A stretch of DNA of 64,000 bases from Candidatus Lindowbacteria bacterium RIFCSPLOWO2_12_FULL_62_27 (GTDB taxonomy: Bacteria > Lindowbacteria > 2-12-FULL-62-27): the NCBI GenBank assembly GCA_001784175.1, contig MFPR01000001.1, positions 1 to 64,000 of the forward strand. Reading direction: 5' to 3'. The position numbers and the translations under genes were made by a program. This document shows positions 1 to 9,306 of this stretch, in pieces (position 1 is the first letter of the stretch; every line of letters starts with the position of its first letter). The notes under the pieces are model-generated. The model was given only the letters and a program-made list of their open reading frames with translations. It was not told where the DNA came from and made no database searches.

Positions 1-617
1 CGCTCACCTGGTTCACGATCGTGTCCGTCACGAACCCTCGCGTCGTCGAGTACGACCCGCCGTTCGCCAGATCATCCACCGCGCGCACTCGCCAGTAGTA
101 TGTGTCGTTGTACAGACCCGTCACCGTGTCCGCCGTGAACGCCTGGTCCACCGTGTCTGTAAACGCGATGTTCGTGAATCCCGTGTTCTTCGATACCTCC
201 ACCGCGTATGAATCCACCCCCACGCTGTCGCTCACCGCGCTCCAGCTCACCTGAAAGCCGATCACCGTCGTCTCGTGGCCGTCCGCAGGCAGGCTCGCGC
301 TCACCTGGTTCACGATCGTGTCCGTCACGAACCCCCGCGTCGTTGAGTACGACCCGCCATTTGCCGTACTGTCAATGGCCCGCACCCGCCAGTAGTACGT
401 ATCGTTGTACAGACCCGTCACCGTGTCGCTCGTCAGGCCCGTCGATCCGTCGATCGTGTCCGTAAACGTGATGTTCGTGAAAGATGTGTTCTTCGATACC
501 TCCACCGCGTAGCTGTCCACCCCCAAGCTGTCGCTCACCGCGCTCCAGCTTACCAGGAAATCGATCGCCGTCGTCTCGTGACCGTCCGCAGGCTGACTCG
601 CGCTCACCTGGTTCACG
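1..617. repeat. Intragenic tandem repeat, units of 297 and 303 bp
   Basis: cgctcacctggttcacg recurs at 1, 298 and 601; the intervening units are highly similar at the DNA level. Confidence 0.9.
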
Positions 618-1006
618 CTTGTATCGAGCATGATCGTGCGCGTCGACGTCGTATCATGTTCAACATTGGTGGTGGTATCAATGGCGATGACGCGCCAGTA
701 AAACGTGTCTTCATACTTCAAAGGCATCGTTCCGCTGTAGGTGGCCGTACGGCTGTCTTCGAGGACGGTGGCGCACGAAGAATTGCTGCAAAGTTGCAGA
801 CGAAATGTGTCCAGAGCAGAAGTCCCGCTCAGGCCGGAGACCCATGAAAAAACGATCGAATTTTTCGTCGTGTCATGGTTATCATCAGGCGCTGACAAAG
901 CCAGCGTGACAGCAGAGGCGTCAGGGGTCAGAGTAAACAGCAGAACCATCCCGATCCCACCAAGCACGATTGAACGCAACACTTTGTACTTCATCGGAGT
1001 TAGCAT
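2..1006 (-). CDS. Secreted/surface protein with tandem fibronectin type III-like repeats (5' part; runs off window start)
   Basis: Manual translation of the minus strand from ATG at 1006: MLTPMKYKVLRSIVLGGIGMVLLFTLTPDASA (signal peptide-like), then ~100-aa repeats with VSWSAVSDS-GVDSYAVEVSKN...YYWRVRA(I/V)D. Open to the window edge, so absent from the ORF track. Confidence 0.85.
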   Translation of the reverse strand, partial: MLTPMKYKVLRSIVLGGIGMVLLFTLTPDASAVTLALSAPDDNHDTTKNSIVFSWVSGLSGTSALDTFRLQLCSNSSCATVLEDSRTATYSGTMPLKYEDTFYWRVIAIDTTTNVEHDTTSTRTIMLDTSVNQVSASQPADGHETTAIDFLVSWSAVSDSLGVDSYAVEVSKNTSFTNITFTDTIDGSTGLTSDTVTGLYNDTYYWRVRAIDSTANGGSYSTTRGFVTDTIVNQVSASLPADGHETTVIGFQVSWSAVSDSVGVDSYAVEVSKNTGFTNIAFTDTVDQAFTADTVTGLYNDTYYWRVRAVDDLANGGSYSTTRGFVTDTIVNQVS

Positions 1007-1317
1007 AATACCTATCGTCATATAGAGCAGACGAATGAAGTATTTAATTGCACACTTAACCAAAAGACACTGTACAAGAAATACGATAAAAGGCCAGATA
1101 GAAACCGACAAGTTGACCTTCGAATGTCAGGAATGTCAATCCTTATTTTTGAAAACCATTTCGAGCGGGGTTTTGAACAGAAATACGGCACACCCGTGTC
1201 CATCCCCAAGCCCTCGCGAAACAGATCGGCAGGCGGCATGACCATAACGGCCTGAGAGATTGGGAGCTTATTCATAGCCCGGCAGGGACGCGCGTTCTAT
1301 ATATATCAATATTAATA

Positions 1318-1335
1318 TTGTGACGTAGATCACAA
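1318..1335. promoter_or_regulatory. CRP/FNR-family-like binding site
   Basis: TTGTGA-cgtaga-TCACAA matches the TGTGA-N6-TCACA consensus; lies in the AT-rich region upstream of the FN3-repeat gene. Confidence 0.6.
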
Positions 1336-1629
1336 CTCGGTTGGCTATGTACACTGCCCAATATCTCGATTGGAGGGAATTTTGGAATCGAGCAATCACA
1401 GATGTGCTGACAATCTCGCGTTGGCCTTCCATTCTTATTGACAATAATCATGAGTCCATTTACATGGCCTCTTGCGGCACATGCAATGGGCCAACACGGT
1501 ATAACGTTAACTTCGCAAAAATACTGCGGAATGTCAAGACGAAAATGAAAAAATGTGGGCCAACAAGCCGTAAAATTTTTAATGTTGATAAACTGTTTAT
1601 AACCGGCCGGCAGTACGCTGGTCGATCAC

Positions 1630-3000
1630 TCAGTACTTATACTCCGACCCCCCAATAAACTCCCTGATCAGCGCTGTTTTCGGGATTTCATGCTCGTCCG
1701 CCTCTGTAATACTTCCGATAGATTCAAACAATTTCCATATCCGGTCTGCGCGTTCCCCGGCATCCATCCGGTCCGCGCGTCCGGCATACTCATCCTTCCA
1801 CCCCCTGAACGTATCGAGCCATCGACGTTTCATCACCGGAAGCTCGTACGGCAGTCCGCCATTGACAATATAGTCGACCGAATTCACGAACGGCACGATG
1901 TGGTCAAGTTCCGAATCCCGCACATACCGCCAATGCTCGATCGTGAACTTCGGATCCACGTACCGCTGGTCCTTGTCGCGCGTCATGCGCCTAAGAAGCC
2001 GCAGGTCCGCCCACCGGATGTATCGGCCCCCGGCATCACGCATTTGCAGAAGCGTCTCGATATACAGCCGGAACTTCTCGTCGTTGGGGATCTCGCCGGT
2101 CATGTCGCGGTACAAACCGTGAAGCGAATCGATCAGAAGAATTTCGTCCCTCGCGAGTTTCATCTCATGGTGGTTGTCGATCCGCTTGCCGGCCTTGTAG
2201 TCGAATTTGGGCACCGACACGGTCTCGCCGTTCAGGAGCCGCTTGAGATGCCGGTTGATCATATCCAAGTCCAGCGCCTGGGGCGTCTCGTAATCATAAT
2301 CTCCGTATTCATCCCTCGGGTGGGCGTCCAGATCATGGAAGTAGTGATCAACGTGAAACGGCACGAACCGGAATCCCTCTTTGGCGAGGTGCCGGCTGAT
2401 TTTGATGGTGGTGGTGGTTTTGCCGGAAGAGGAAGGTCCGGCGACAATGACCACCCGGATTTCCTTTTTCCGGGCCAGGATCGCGTCGGCCGCATGCACC
2501 ACGTCCAGTTGATAGGCGTCCTCCGACTCCCGGACGATCGTTCCGAATTCCCCGCGCCCGATCCGGTCATTCAAGGCCTGCACGGTGTGAAGCTGATGGT
2601 CGATCGCCCAGTTCAGAACGTGCCAGACTTTTTTCCAAGGAATGGGATCCCCCTTTTTCGGGTCCCGCGCCTCCCGGCCCGTCCGTTTCCGCGCGCGCTC
2701 CGCCCGGTAGAGAATATAGGCTTTCGCGATTTTGGATTTCCCGCTTTCGATCAGCACCTTTTCGACGACGTCCTGAATCTCCTCCACCGCCGGGTACGGC
2801 TGGGAGGACGGCGTCCGGCCGATCGCCGCGATGACCTGCTCGGCCATCCGATCCGCCTCGTCCCTCGACCGCTCGCCCACGGCGACAGCCGCGCGGAAAA
2901 TGGCGTTGGAAATCCGGACCCTCGTGAACGGCACGATGCGGCCGTCCCGCTTGACGATGTGACTCAAATCCCTGGCCGTGGCGCTTTCCATGACGCCCAT
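1630..3000 (-). CDS. ATP-cone domain fused to uridine kinase-like P-loop domain
   Basis: N-terminal IVKRDGRIVPF...VEEIQDVVEKVL (ATP cone); Walker A GPSSSGKTT; DYETPQALD and LRLLRRMTRD as in uridine kinase/PRK-like proteins. Confidence 0.85.
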   Translation of the reverse strand: MGVMESATARDLSHIVKRDGRIVPFTRVRISNAIFRAAVAVGERSRDEADRMAEQVIAAIGRTPSSQPYPAVEEIQDVVEKVLIESGKSKIAKAYILYRAERARKRTGREARDPKKGDPIPWKKVWHVLNWAIDHQLHTVQALNDRIGRGEFGTIVRESEDAYQLDVVHAADAILARKKEIRVVIVAGPSSSGKTTTTIKISRHLAKEGFRFVPFHVDHYFHDLDAHPRDEYGDYDYETPQALDLDMINRHLKRLLNGETVSVPKFDYKAGKRIDNHHEMKLARDEILLIDSLHGLYRDMTGEIPNDEKFRLYIETLLQMRDAGGRYIRWADLRLLRRMTRDKDQRYVDPKFTIEHWRYVRDSELDHIVPFVNSVDYIVNGGLPYELPVMKRRWLDTFRGWKDEYAGRADRMDAGERADRIWKLFESIGSITEADEHEIPKTALIREFIGGSEYKY

Positions 3001-3059
3001 CCTTTACCATACGGATTGAGACTTGAAAACAGTGCGCGCGTCAGTCACTCTTTTGGTCC

Positions 3060-5234
3060 ATGAACCCCGGCGCGATGACCTGGCTCCTCTCCATATTATA
3101 TATGGCGCTCTTTGCCCCCCTGCCAGGCCGGAACGCAGCCCATGCCGGATGGGACAAAACGGCCGAACGCGTGGTTCAGGACGTCAGCGACAGCGTTCAC
3201 GCCCGGGAGGCCAGGGTCACCTACATTGACGATGACGGGCAACGCATCTACTTCGCCGGCCTGTCGCCTACGGAGGCTGAAACGGGGCTTGCCGTCATCT
3301 TTTACGGCAAAGCGCAGAACGGCGACGCAGACTGGGCCGAGCTGGGCGCCGGCATCATCGAGGCGTCCCAACCGCCCCTCACGTGGGCCTCCGTCGACAG
3401 CTTGATCAGCCGGCGCATCCGGAAAGACGATCTGGTCCGGCTCGATCCGCTGCTCGGCGGGATATCGCTCGGCCCGATCTGGTTGGAATCTCCCGGCGAG
3501 ACGCCGCGGGTTCATTCGGTTTGCGCCATTTTTGAAACACTGCTGTCACACCTGCTCGATCGCAAAGGCATCAAGCACGTTTGGGCGCCATCGACCGGCC
3601 AATGGCCGGACACGAGCGCGGTCCTGAAAGACGCGGCCGTCATGGACGCGCGCGGCGCCCGCATGCCGTTCGCGCTCGCCGGCGCCATCCGCAGGAGCGG
3701 GGCCGACCTGTCCGTCCGGATGGCGCTGTATCATGTTCCCACGGGCGTTGCTCGATTCGAGCAGGAGTACCCGTTGGATGCGATTGCGGGATGGGACCCC
3801 GACTTGGAGCGGCTGAAATGGCAGTCGTCGGCCGTGACGCCGGCGGCCGAGGCGCCCGAGGACACGCACAGCGTTCCGCCGCCCGGCCTCCTTCGGCTTT
3901 CGCTGGCAACTTCGCCCACCGGTCAAGACGGCCGGCTGGGATGGCCGCCGCGCACGCCGGCGGACGGCCTCCTGGCCCGCGCGATTTCGGTCACGCTGCC
4001 GGAAATTTCCGTGGCCTATCGCTTGGAGGGCGACCACACCCACTGGTTCATTCTGCCGGCGGAACTGCGGGACATGCCCGGCGCTGTCAACGCGAATCGC
4101 ATCGCGGCGCTTCTGAACGATCGCCGGACCGATACCACGGCGAAATTTTTGCTGCCTGATTTTCGTTTCTCGGCCCATTCCGAGACGGAGCTTGTTCTGG
4201 AATGCGGAGCTCCTTTCGTGGAAGTTCCCGCCATCCTGTCCGATCCGGCGTTCCGACTGCTCGATCCTGCCGGTGCGGATCCGGACATGGGGTTGGGACG
4301 CTGGCGAATTCATTCCGGGACCCTCTCTGAAATCATCCTGGCCCGCAGGCCGCCGCGCCCGTGGCTCAAGGCCGCGGAGGACAGGCCGGAAACGATCGTC
4401 CTCTCGATCGACACCGACCCCCGTGTCCGGCAGGCGAGATTCGAACTCGGCGAAACGGACCTGCACGAGCTGACGGACGCCGATTTTTTGAAGTACACGG
4501 GAGCGGTCGCCTACCTCAATCGCATTGTGCAGAGCCGGCTGCCCGCCCTTCATGTGTTGTTGTTCAATCTGTCGGCGGCGCCGATGTCCGACGCGAAATT
4601 CCGCCAGGCTGTGGACCTCGCGCTGGACCGGCGCGCGACGCTGGAGGTGCTGCTCAACAATCGCGGAACGGTCGCGCCCGAATTTTTGCCGGCGCCGATC
4701 GGTTGGACCGGCGGGGGCGCCCACAGCAGGGCGTATGTTCAAAAAACCACGGCCGCGGCCAGAGAGCGCGCGAAGGACTTCAGGCGCCCCATCCGGCTCG
4801 CCCTCCTTACGCCCGAGGAGGACCCCGTGTTTTCGATCATCGCCGAACGCATCCAGGCGGATCTTCGGGCCATTTCCGTCGCCGTCCAGATTCAGCGCGT
4901 GCCATGGGCGGAGTATGACCGGCGGCTGGCCGGCCGCCAGTTTGATCTGGCCCTGGCCGCATTCTTCCCGACCGAGCCGGCCGGACTGTGGCTGTCCCGG
5001 CGATTTGCGGAAGACGGCCCGGAAAATTACTGCGGCTATCGAAACAGCACCTTCGACGCGCTCGTCTCCATCCGCGCGGCGCCGCAGGTGGCTCAGGATT
5101 GGCTGATGCAGGAGCGCCCGGCGCTGCCGATGTTCTGGGTGTACCGCCACGCGGTGCTGGGCAAACGGGTCCGATCGGCCGATTTGAAGGAAGGGCCGTT
5201 CTTTTCCATCGACGGCATCCGGCTGTTGCCCTGA
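3060..5234 (+). CDS. ABC-type substrate-binding protein (family 5, OppA/DppA-like) with N-terminal extension
   Basis: Signal-like N-terminus; C-terminal half has FN...PMSDAKFRQAVDLALDR, IAERIQADLRAI, NYCGYRNSTFD, PALPMFW. Confidence 0.75.
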   Translation: MNPGAMTWLLSILYMALFAPLPGRNAAHAGWDKTAERVVQDVSDSVHAREARVTYIDDDGQRIYFAGLSPTEAETGLAVIFYGKAQNGDADWAELGAGIIEASQPPLTWASVDSLISRRIRKDDLVRLDPLLGGISLGPIWLESPGETPRVHSVCAIFETLLSHLLDRKGIKHVWAPSTGQWPDTSAVLKDAAVMDARGARMPFALAGAIRRSGADLSVRMALYHVPTGVARFEQEYPLDAIAGWDPDLERLKWQSSAVTPAAEAPEDTHSVPPPGLLRLSLATSPTGQDGRLGWPPRTPADGLLARAISVTLPEISVAYRLEGDHTHWFILPAELRDMPGAVNANRIAALLNDRRTDTTAKFLLPDFRFSAHSETELVLECGAPFVEVPAILSDPAFRLLDPAGADPDMGLGRWRIHSGTLSEIILARRPPRPWLKAAEDRPETIVLSIDTDPRVRQARFELGETDLHELTDADFLKYTGAVAYLNRIVQSRLPALHVLLFNLSAAPMSDAKFRQAVDLALDRRATLEVLLNNRGTVAPEFLPAPIGWTGGGAHSRAYVQKTTAAARERAKDFRRPIRLALLTPEEDPVFSIIAERIQADLRAISVAVQIQRVPWAEYDRRLAGRQFDLALAAFFPTEPAGLWLSRRFAEDGPENYCGYRNSTFDALVSIRAAPQVAQDWLMQERPALPMFWVYRHAVLGKRVRSADLKEGPFFSIDGIRLLP

Positions 5235-5238
5235 GATC

Positions 5239-6885
5239 ATGAGACTTCATGTCCGGTTGGGAATTCTCTTTGGGAGTCTCCTGGTCCTGGTATTTGCGGC
5301 GCTGGCGGCGATTCTCTACTGGCAGGCGCGGTCCGCCTTTGTCCGCCGAAGCGCCGAGCAGGCGGACCGCGTGACGGAGACGGCGTTGAAGATCGGCGAC
5401 CGGCGCGCACGGGAATTGAACGAATCGGTGGCTCAACTGGCCGGTGATTTTCAAATCGGAATCCTCATGCGGGACGCGCGGTCGGCCGGCGCGTCGCAGA
5501 AGCGGCTCATCGATCTTTTGTCCGCGCGCGTCAGGGACGGCGGACTTCACGAGCTGACGGCGGTCTCTCCCGACGGCGTCGTGCTCGGCCGGGGCCATCA
5601 GCCGGCCGATTTCGGCGACGCGGCCGAATCCGCGCCGCTGTCCGTCCCTTATTTCCGGCCGCAGTCTTCGATGCTGAGAATTCGTCTTCCGGTCCGGCTC
5701 CACAGCCGCGGCGCCGGGCACATCGAAGTCGGGCTGGACCTGGCCGACGATTTGTCCGAAATGGGAAGGCTCTTTGGCGGGCAGGTCTCGCTGTCGGCAG
5801 CGGGGGCGGCAGGAAGCGCCGGCGCGCCGGCGACGCGACACGCACCCGGGCAGTTTCGCTTCGCCTCGTCCGCCGAATGGCGGCTTTCGGACGGAACCGT
5901 GCTCGCCGACTTGATCTTCGAAAGCACCGACGAGGAGAGCCGGCAGATGTTCCGGAACCTCATCGCGCGCGGCGCCGCGGTCCTGCTCGTGGCGCTCCTC
6001 GCCGCAGGCATCGGCGTGGCGGCCGTGGCACGCAGCGTGTCGCGACCGGTCCGGCAGTTGGCGCAGGCGGCGGCCGAGATATCGCGCGGGCGGCGGCAAC
6101 TGGAGCTGCCGCCGGCCGGCGGAAGCGAGGTCGGGGAACTGGCGGACGCCTTCGCCCGAATGGCGTCGTCGCTCGATGAGTCCCAGAAGAAACTTCTCGC
6201 CGCCGAACGGCTCGCCGCCTGGCAGGACGCCGCGCGGATGCTCGCGCATGAAATCAAAAATCCTCTGTCGCCCATCAAGACCACCGCCTCCACGCTCGCG
6301 CGCGCCGCGCAGGACAAGGACCCCGGCCTCGGGCGGCTGGCCGAACGGGGATCGGTCACGATCCTTTCCGAAATCGGCCATCTCGAAAAATTGCTGTCGG
6401 AATTTTCCGCGTTCGCGCGATTTCCGTCTCCCCATCCCGCGCCGGGCGACTTCAACGCCGCGGTCCGCGCCGCGGTCGAACAGTTCCGAGAAAAAGTCCG
6501 CCACATCCGTTGGGTCGAACGCTACGGCGACGGCATTCCGCCGGCGCTGATCGACGCGGGCATGTTCGCGGAAGTGGTCCGCAACCTGATCCTGAACGCG
6601 GCGGAAGCCGGGGCCCAACTCATTCATCTGCAAACCGCGCGCGACGCCCGGCACGCGGTGCTCACGCTGTGCGACAGCGGCCCGGGCATCGACGCGGGCC
6701 GGCGCGGGTCGCTCTTTACGCCCTATTTCACCACCAAGTCCGGCGGCGCAGGACTGGGGCTGGCGGTCAGCCGGAAAATCATGATCGAACACGGCGGCGA
6801 CCTCACGCTCCTCGACGCGTCGCCCTTCGACGACGCGCGCGGCGCGGCCTTTCGAGCGACGTTGCCGCTGGCGGCGGGGCGATGA
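5239..6885 (+). CDS. HAMP-domain sensor histidine kinase (NtrY-like)
   Basis: Two TM segments, HAMP (EVGELADAF), H-box AWQDAARMLAHEIKNPLSPI, N box NLILNA, G boxes DSGPG / GAGLGL. Confidence 0.92.
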   Translation: MRLHVRLGILFGSLLVLVFAALAAILYWQARSAFVRRSAEQADRVTETALKIGDRRARELNESVAQLAGDFQIGILMRDARSAGASQKRLIDLLSARVRDGGLHELTAVSPDGVVLGRGHQPADFGDAAESAPLSVPYFRPQSSMLRIRLPVRLHSRGAGHIEVGLDLADDLSEMGRLFGGQVSLSAAGAAGSAGAPATRHAPGQFRFASSAEWRLSDGTVLADLIFESTDEESRQMFRNLIARGAAVLLVALLAAGIGVAAVARSVSRPVRQLAQAAAEISRGRRQLELPPAGGSEVGELADAFARMASSLDESQKKLLAAERLAAWQDAARMLAHEIKNPLSPIKTTASTLARAAQDKDPGLGRLAERGSVTILSEIGHLEKLLSEFSAFARFPSPHPAPGDFNAAVRAAVEQFREKVRHIRWVERYGDGIPPALIDAGMFAEVVRNLILNAAEAGAQLIHLQTARDARHAVLTLCDSGPGIDAGRRGSLFTPYFTTKSGGAGLGLAVSRKIMIEHGGDLTLLDASPFDDARGAAFRATLPLAAGR

Positions 6886-8234
6886 AACGCCGCATCCTGA
6901 TCGTCGACGACGAAACCGGCATCCGGGACAGTCTCTCGATCGGTCTTGAACGCGAGGGCTGTGAAGTCGCCGAAGCGCCCGACGCGGAAGGCGCGCTGTC
7001 CGTGGCCGGCGCATTTCATCCGGACCTCGCGCTCGTGGATGTGAGACTGCCGGGCCGGGACGGTCTCTGGGTCCTGCAGCATCTCAGGGAGGCCGGTGTT
7101 CCGGTCGTGATGATCTCCGGCAACGCGACGCTTCGGGAGGCCGTGGAGGCGGTGAAACAGGGGGCGTTCGATTTCCTGGAAAAACCGCTCTCGATTGACA
7201 AAGTCCTCGTCACCATCCACCGGGCGCTCGACTACGAGCGCATCAAAACCCGCGTCGCCATCCTCTCGGAAAAGGCCGGACCCGCCGAACCCGTCGGAAA
7301 CTCGCCGGTGTGGAGCCAGGCGCTGGACACGGCGGAGCGCGTGGCGCCGACCGACGCGGCGGTCCTCCTCATCGGCGAGAGCGGCACCGGGAAGGAACTC
7401 GTGGCCGGATGGATCCACGCGCACAGCGCCCGGGCCGAGGGCGCCTTCGTCCCGGTCAACATGGCGGCCATGCCGGAGACGCTGATTGAATCTGAACTCT
7501 TCGGCCACGAAAAAGGCGCGTTTACCGGCGCGGCCGCAACCAGGAAAGGCAAATTCGAACTCGCCGCGGGCGGGACGCTCTTTCTGGACGAGATCGGCGA
7601 ATTGCCGGTGGCCCTTCAGCCGAAACTCCTGCGGGCGCTCGAATCCGGCGAGATCCAGCGGCTGGGCGGTGAGGGTACGCGGAAAACGGACGCGCGGATC
7701 ATCGCGGCGACCAACCGGGATCTTGCGGCCGCCGTCGCCGCGGGGAAATTCCGGGAGGATCTTTTTTTCCGGCTGAACGTCATTCCCATTCGACTGCCGC
7801 CCCTGAGAGATCGCGGCGATGACGCGAGGCTGCTCGCGGACATCTTCCTGGAAAATTTCTGCAAACGGCACCGCCGGCCGCTCATGCGATGGACGCCGGA
7901 GGCCCGCGACCTCTTGCGACGGGCGCGCTGGCCCGGCAATGTGCGCGAACTCAAAAATCTGTGCGAGCGGCTGGCCATCCTTCACGAGGGAGACATCCCG
8001 GCGGCGGTCGTGGAAGACATGCTGTCGTTCCCGGCGCAGAGCGGGACGGTTGGAGGAGCGGCGGAAGGAGAGCTTCGGGCGAAGCTCGACAAGGTCGAGG
8101 CCGACATCCTGCGCGAAACCCTCGCGGCCTGCGGCGGCAACCACACCACCGCGGCCCAGCGGCTCGGAATCTCCCGCAGCCAGCTATACCGCAAACTCGA
8201 ACGGTTGGGAATTAAAACAGAGTTGACCGGCTAA
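6882..8234 (+). CDS. Sigma-54-dependent response regulator (NtrC/NtrX family)
   Basis: ATG at 6882 overlaps the kinase stop; receiver ILIVDDE, AAA+ [22 protein letters not shown], Fis-type HTH. Confidence 0.95.
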   Translation: MKRRILIVDDETGIRDSLSIGLEREGCEVAEAPDAEGALSVAGAFHPDLALVDVRLPGRDGLWVLQHLREAGVPVVMISGNATLREAVEAVKQGAFDFLEKPLSIDKVLVTIHRALDYERIKTRVAILSEKAGPAEPVGNSPVWSQALDTAERVAPTDAAVLLIGESGTGKELVAGWIHAHSARAEGAFVPVNMAAMPETLIESELFGHEKGAFTGAAATRKGKFELAAGGTLFLDEIGELPVALQPKLLRALESGEIQRLGGEGTRKTDARIIAATNRDLAAAVAAGKFREDLFFRLNVIPIRLPPLRDRGDDARLLADIFLENFCKRHRRPLMRWTPEARDLLRRARWPGNVRELKNLCERLAILHEGDIPAAVVEDMLSFPAQSGTVGGAAEGELRAKLDKVEADILRETLAACGGNHTTAAQRLGISRSQLYRKLERLGIKTELTG

Positions 8235-8289
8235 ACGTACACGTCCACGTTCCGGCCGAGTCCCATGGAGCGGTTGAGGTCCCAAATGG
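8112..8289. repeat. Direct repeat copy 1 (178 bp) left of the TA cassette
   Basis: Aligns without gaps to 9353-9530, 12 mismatches by manual count. Confidence 0.92.
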
Positions 8290-8290
8290 C

Positions 8291-8331
8291 GTGGACAAAT
8301 GTTTGACAAATGTCCACATGCGGGGTAGGAT
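8291..8331 (+). promoter_or_regulatory. Sigma-70 promoter with overlapping inverted-repeat operator of the TA operon
   Basis: TTGACA (8303-8308), 17 bp, TAGGAT (8326-8331); GTGGACA-N13-TGTCCAC (8291-8317) straddles the -35. Confidence 0.7.
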
Positions 8332-8341
8332 GGAATCAGCC

Positions 8342-8698
8342 ATGGGACGAATGCAGGTTGCCGAAAGAGGTGATCCCAAACAGGTGTTGCGGCAATGCGC
8401 CGCGATGGGCCTTGACCTGAAGACCGTGTCATTTTGTCTGGGGGTTCATCCGAAGACGGTCGAGCGGTGGCTGGATGGCCGATCCGACCCGAGCGAGCCG
8501 GCTGTGCGGTCGTTGGAAAAGCTGGATGCGATTTGCCGGACGGCGAGGCGGTTGCTGAAGCCGGCAGCCGGCCGGACATGGTTTGCGGCGCCGAACAAGA
8601 CCCTTGGAGGCGAGCCGCCGCTTGCGCTGATTCGGCGGGGTGAATTGGACCGCGTCCGAACCGTTCTTGGCATGCTGGAGTGGGGAATCTACTCCTGA
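8342..8698 (+). CDS. Xre/MbcA/ParS-family antitoxin
   Basis: HTH (LGVHPKTVERWLDG) plus C-terminal WFAAPNKTLGGEPPLALI...LGMLEWGIYS typical of the Xre/MbcA C-terminal domain. Start uncertain (8342 or 8351, downstream of the promoter). Confidence 0.88.
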   Translation: MGRMQVAERGDPKQVLRQCAAMGLDLKTVSFCLGVHPKTVERWLDGRSDPSEPAVRSLEKLDAICRTARRLLKPAAGRTWFAAPNKTLGGEPPLALIRRGELDRVRTVLGMLEWGIYS

Positions 8699-8722
8699 TC
8701 CGTCCGCCGCTCCGGATGCCTC

Positions 8723-9235
8723 TTGATGGCTCTTCGGCCTAAACTACAGGCTCTCTCATCCCTCAACCCCGTTCCCTTCACGGGGAAGGTATACCGCGTT
8801 GTTCGTGCGGGCCACAGAAATCAAATCCTTTCCACGGAAGGCAACCGCCATTTCGAGGGCCGCTATCATATGGCGGGCGAAACGGGGATGCTCTACACGT
8901 CGTTGAATAAGGACACGGCGAAGGATGAGGTTCTGCGCCACGCCGCAGCGGATATGATTCAGGATCCCCTCGTGTGCGCGGAGATTCAAATCCGCATGAA
9001 CCGTGTCTTGGATCTCACCCGCCGCGCGACATTGAACAAACTTGGAATCTCCCGGTCCGACCTGACGACGTTCGACCTCGTTCTTCCCCAAGCGATCGGC
9101 CTTCAGGCGCGGCGCGCCGGATTCGAGGGCATGATCGTGCCTTCCGCAACAGGGGAGGGGCACAATCTGGTCATTTTCGAAGACAATCTCGGCGAGGGCT
9201 GCCGAATCGAGATCGGGGAAATACAAAAAGTCTGA
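8723..9235 (+). CDS. RES-domain toxin (putative NAD+ phosphorylase)
   Basis: VYR, EGRY, LYTS...AKDEV, VLDLT, GFEGMIVPSA, NLVIF: the R-E-S motifs; directly follows the Xre antitoxin. Confidence 0.9.
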   Translation: MMALRPKLQALSSLNPVPFTGKVYRVVRAGHRNQILSTEGNRHFEGRYHMAGETGMLYTSLNKDTAKDEVLRHAAADMIQDPLVCAEIQIRMNRVLDLTRRATLNKLGISRSDLTTFDLVLPQAIGLQARRAGFEGMIVPSATGEGHNLVIFEDNLGEGCRIEIGEIQKV

Positions 9236-9306
9236 TCCGGTTAAATCTGATTCGACGACGTGTGGGAGCCGTGCCTGTGTTTCAGCCCGGCCCGCGTCCG
9301 ACGGAG

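Noticed and set aside
1-617. ~300-bp repeats as a CRISPR array or mobile repeat
   Set aside because: Units are in-frame coding repeats of one protein; no short repeat/unique spacer structure.
1018-1658. Short ORFs 1018-1275, 1035-1241 (has CxxC) and 1341-1658
   Set aside because: AT-rich, atypical codon usage, no recognisable family; more likely regulatory DNA, though not excluded.
6510-6881. N-terminal extensions given by the ORF track (also for 9572, 18429, 23505, 26900, 31447, 36490, 50687, 54135, 56859)
   Set aside because: They overlap neighbouring genes; domain boundaries and stop/start overlaps indicate later starts.
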